DNA from: Treponema sp.
GTDB taxonomy: Bacteria > Spirochaetota > Spirochaetia > Treponematales > Treponemataceae
Assembly (NCBI GenBank): GCA_017622055.1
Contig: JAGARY010000371.1
Coordinates: forward strand, 1-39,067
DNA length: 39,067 nucleotides
Reading direction: 5' to 3'
Every line of letters begins with the position of its first letter. Positions within the stretch are counted from its first letter, which is position 1. Under the pieces are notes generated by a model. It saw only the letters and a program-made list of their open reading frames with translations. It was not told where the DNA came from and did not search any database. This document shows positions 37,071-39,067 of this stretch, one piece after another. Both the position numbers and the translations under genes were made by a program.

Positions 37071-39067
37071 CAGCAAGACGAGCTAATGGTACGCGGAATG
37101 GTGAACATGAAACATAGTTCAAACCAATCTTGTAACACAAAGCGATAGAAGCTGGATCACCACCGTGTTCACCACAGATACCAAGGTGTAAATCAGCTTT
37201 AACTGAACGACCTTTAGCTTCTGCAATTTCCATCAATGCACCTGGACCATCTGGATCAAGTGTAGCAAATGGATCATCTTCGATGATTCTTCCATCAAGG
37301 TATGCTTCAATGAACTTACCATAGTCATCACGGCTGAAACCGAATGTTGTTTGTGAAAGGTCATTTGTACCGAATGAGAAGAAGTCTGCGAATTGAGCAA
37401 CTTTGTCAGCAATAAGAGCTGTTCTTGGGAATTCAACCATTGAACCAATTTCGAATTCAACTTTTGTTCCTAATTCAGCATTTACAGCAGCAATTTTAGC
37501 TTCAGCTTGAGCACGAATTACTTCAACTTCACGGTAAGAAACAACGTTAGGAATCATAATTTGAACTTTGTGAGCTACGCCTTCTTTATCAAGTTTAGCT
37601 GTTGCACGAGCAATAGCTTCAACTTGCATTTCATAAATTTCAGGATATGTAATAGCAAGACGACAACCACGGTGTCCAAGCATTGGGTTGTGTTCGTCTA
37701 AAGCAGAAACTTTAGCAACTAAAGCAGCTTTGTCCATACCAAGTTTGTTAGCAAGAGCTGTAGCAGCTTCATCACTTTCAGCTTGGATAAATTCGTTTAA
37801 TGGAGGGTCCAAAAGACGGATTGTTACTGGACGACCAGCCATTGTTTTGATGATTTCGTAGAAATCTTTTTCTTGCAATGGAAGGATTTTTGCCAAGTTT
37901 TCTTTACGAGCTTCTGTTGTTTCAGAAACAATCATTTTTTGGAAAGCTGTAAGTTTTGGTTCATCAAAGAACATGTGTTCTGTACGACAAAGACCAATAC
38001 CAGCAGCACCAAAACGGAATGCATCAGCAGCGTTCTGTGGTGTATCACCGTTAGCAAGAACGTCAAATCCTTTAACTGTTTTTCCAGATGGAGTTGTACG
38101 TGTTGAGTTATTTCTAACTTCGTCAGCCCAATTAAGGAATTCTTCAAGGTCACCAGAGATAGCAGCTGGTTTTACAGCAACTTGACCTTCGTATACTTTA
38201 CCTGCTCCACCATCAATTGTAAGGAATTCACCTTTTTTGTAGTCTTTTCCTTTTACAGTAATTGTGTCAGCATCTTTGAATACAACGTCTGAACATCCAC
38301 AAACACAAGGTGTTCCCATACCACGAGCAACAACAGCAGCGTGTGATGTACGTCCACCAGTAGATGTTAAGATACCTTGAGCAACAGCCATACCAGCAAT
38401 GTCATCTGGAGATGTTTCTTTACGAACTAAAAGAACTTTTTTACCTTCTTTTGCCCAAGCTTCAGCTTCGTCAGCTGTAAATACGATTTGACCACATCCA
38501 GCACCTGGAGAAGCGTTCAAACCAGCAGCAATTTCTGTTGCTTTTTTAACAGCAGCTGGATCCAATTGTGGAAGAAGTAATTGGTTCAATTGTTCTGGTT
38601 CAACACGAAGAAGAGCTTCTTCTTTTGTGATTAAACCTTCGTTTACTAAGTCAACTGCAATCTTAATAGCAGCAGCACCAGTACGTTTACCATTACGACA
38701 TTGGAGCATGAATAATTTACCTTCTTCAACAGTAAATTCCATATCTTGCATATCGCGATAGTGTTTTTCAAGTCTGTCACGAATTTGGCAAAGTTCGTCG
38801 TAAATAGCTTTATTTGTTTTTTCAAGTTCAGAAAGTTTTTGTGGAGTACGGATACCAGCAACAACGTCTTCACCTTGAGCGTTCATTAAGTATTCACCCA
38901 TGAAGATGTTTTCACCTGTTGAAGGATCACGAGAGAAACATACACCAGTACCAGAAGTGTCACCTTTGTTTCCGAATACCATAGCCATTACAGAAACAGC
39001 AGTACCTTTCAAAGCACCTTCTTTGATGTTGTTTAATTTACGATATTTGATAGCACGTGGGTTCATC
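37039..39067 (-). CDS. ppdK: Pyruvate, phosphate dikinase (5' end outside the window)
   Basis: AQGEDVVAG, QDMEFT, GGRTSHAAVVAR phospho-His loop, GIGLCRTEHMF, NPMLGHRGCR, FSFGTNDL and ICGEHGG. Confidence 0.98.
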   Translation of the reverse strand, partial: MNPRAIKYRKLNNIKEGALKGTAVSVMAMVFGNKGDTSGTGVCFSRDPSTGENIFMGEYLMNAQGEDVVAGIRTPQKLSELEKTNKAIYDELCQIRDRLEKHYRDMQDMEFTVEEGKLFMLQCRNGKRTGAAAIKIAVDLVNEGLITKEEALLRVEPEQLNQLLLPQLDPAAVKKATEIAAGLNASPGAGCGQIVFTADEAEAWAKEGKKVLLVRKETSPDDIAGMAVAQGILTSTGGRTSHAAVVARGMGTPCVCGCSDVVFKDADTITVKGKDYKKGEFLTIDGGAGKVYEGQVAVKPAAISGDLEEFLNWADEVRNNSTRTTPSGKTVKGFDVLANGDTPQNAADAFRFGAAGIGLCRTEHMFFDEPKLTAFQKMIVSETTEARKENLAKILPLQEKDFYEIIKTMAGRPVTIRLLDPPLNEFIQAESDEAATALANKLGMDKAALVAKVSALDEHNPMLGHRGCRLAITYPEIYEMQVEAIARATAKLDKEGVAHKVQIMIPNVVSYREVEVIRAQAEAKIAAVNAELGTKVEFEIGSMVEFPRTALIADKVAQFADFFSFGTNDLSQTTFGFSRDDYGKFIEAYLDGRIIEDDPFATLDPDGPGALMEIAEAKGRSVKADLHLGICGEHGGDPASIALCYKIGLNYVSCSPFRVPLARLAGAQAVIKASK

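Overview
AT-rich bacterial chromosomal segment. The gene content and intergenic repeat style suggest a gut/rumen Treponema-like spirochaete, which is an inference and not a database result. The housekeeping backbone is metK, a phosphohexomutase, proB-proC, a DAG-kinase-like protein, rlmB, a YchJ/SEC-C protein, an Fe-alcohol dehydrogenase, two SDRs, an EAL protein, patatin, a GH39 xylosidase/carboxylesterase divergon and the 3' part of ppdK. Two accessory regions interrupt it. (i) 9.9-17.1 kb: an XRE regulator divergent from an AAA+ ATPase, a zinc-ribbon membrane protein, a membrane protein, a CCCH microprotein, a tandem paralog pair, an ankyrin protein and a UDG-fold protein. Two putative promoters in this island carry the same 18-bp sequence with a near-palindromic core. 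(ii) 29.1-36.8 kb: envelope proteins, including a tandemly duplicated [lipoprotein + small beta-barrel] module. Non-coding highlights are a long-loop SAM-II-type riboswitch before metK, a family of GTCAT-capped palindromic repeats, two GC-rich multi-hairpin elements, a LacI-type operator, and a 53-bp hairpin insert flanked by an exact 31-bp duplication of the ppdK 3' end. I saw no rRNA, tRNA, CRISPR array, integrase or transposase.
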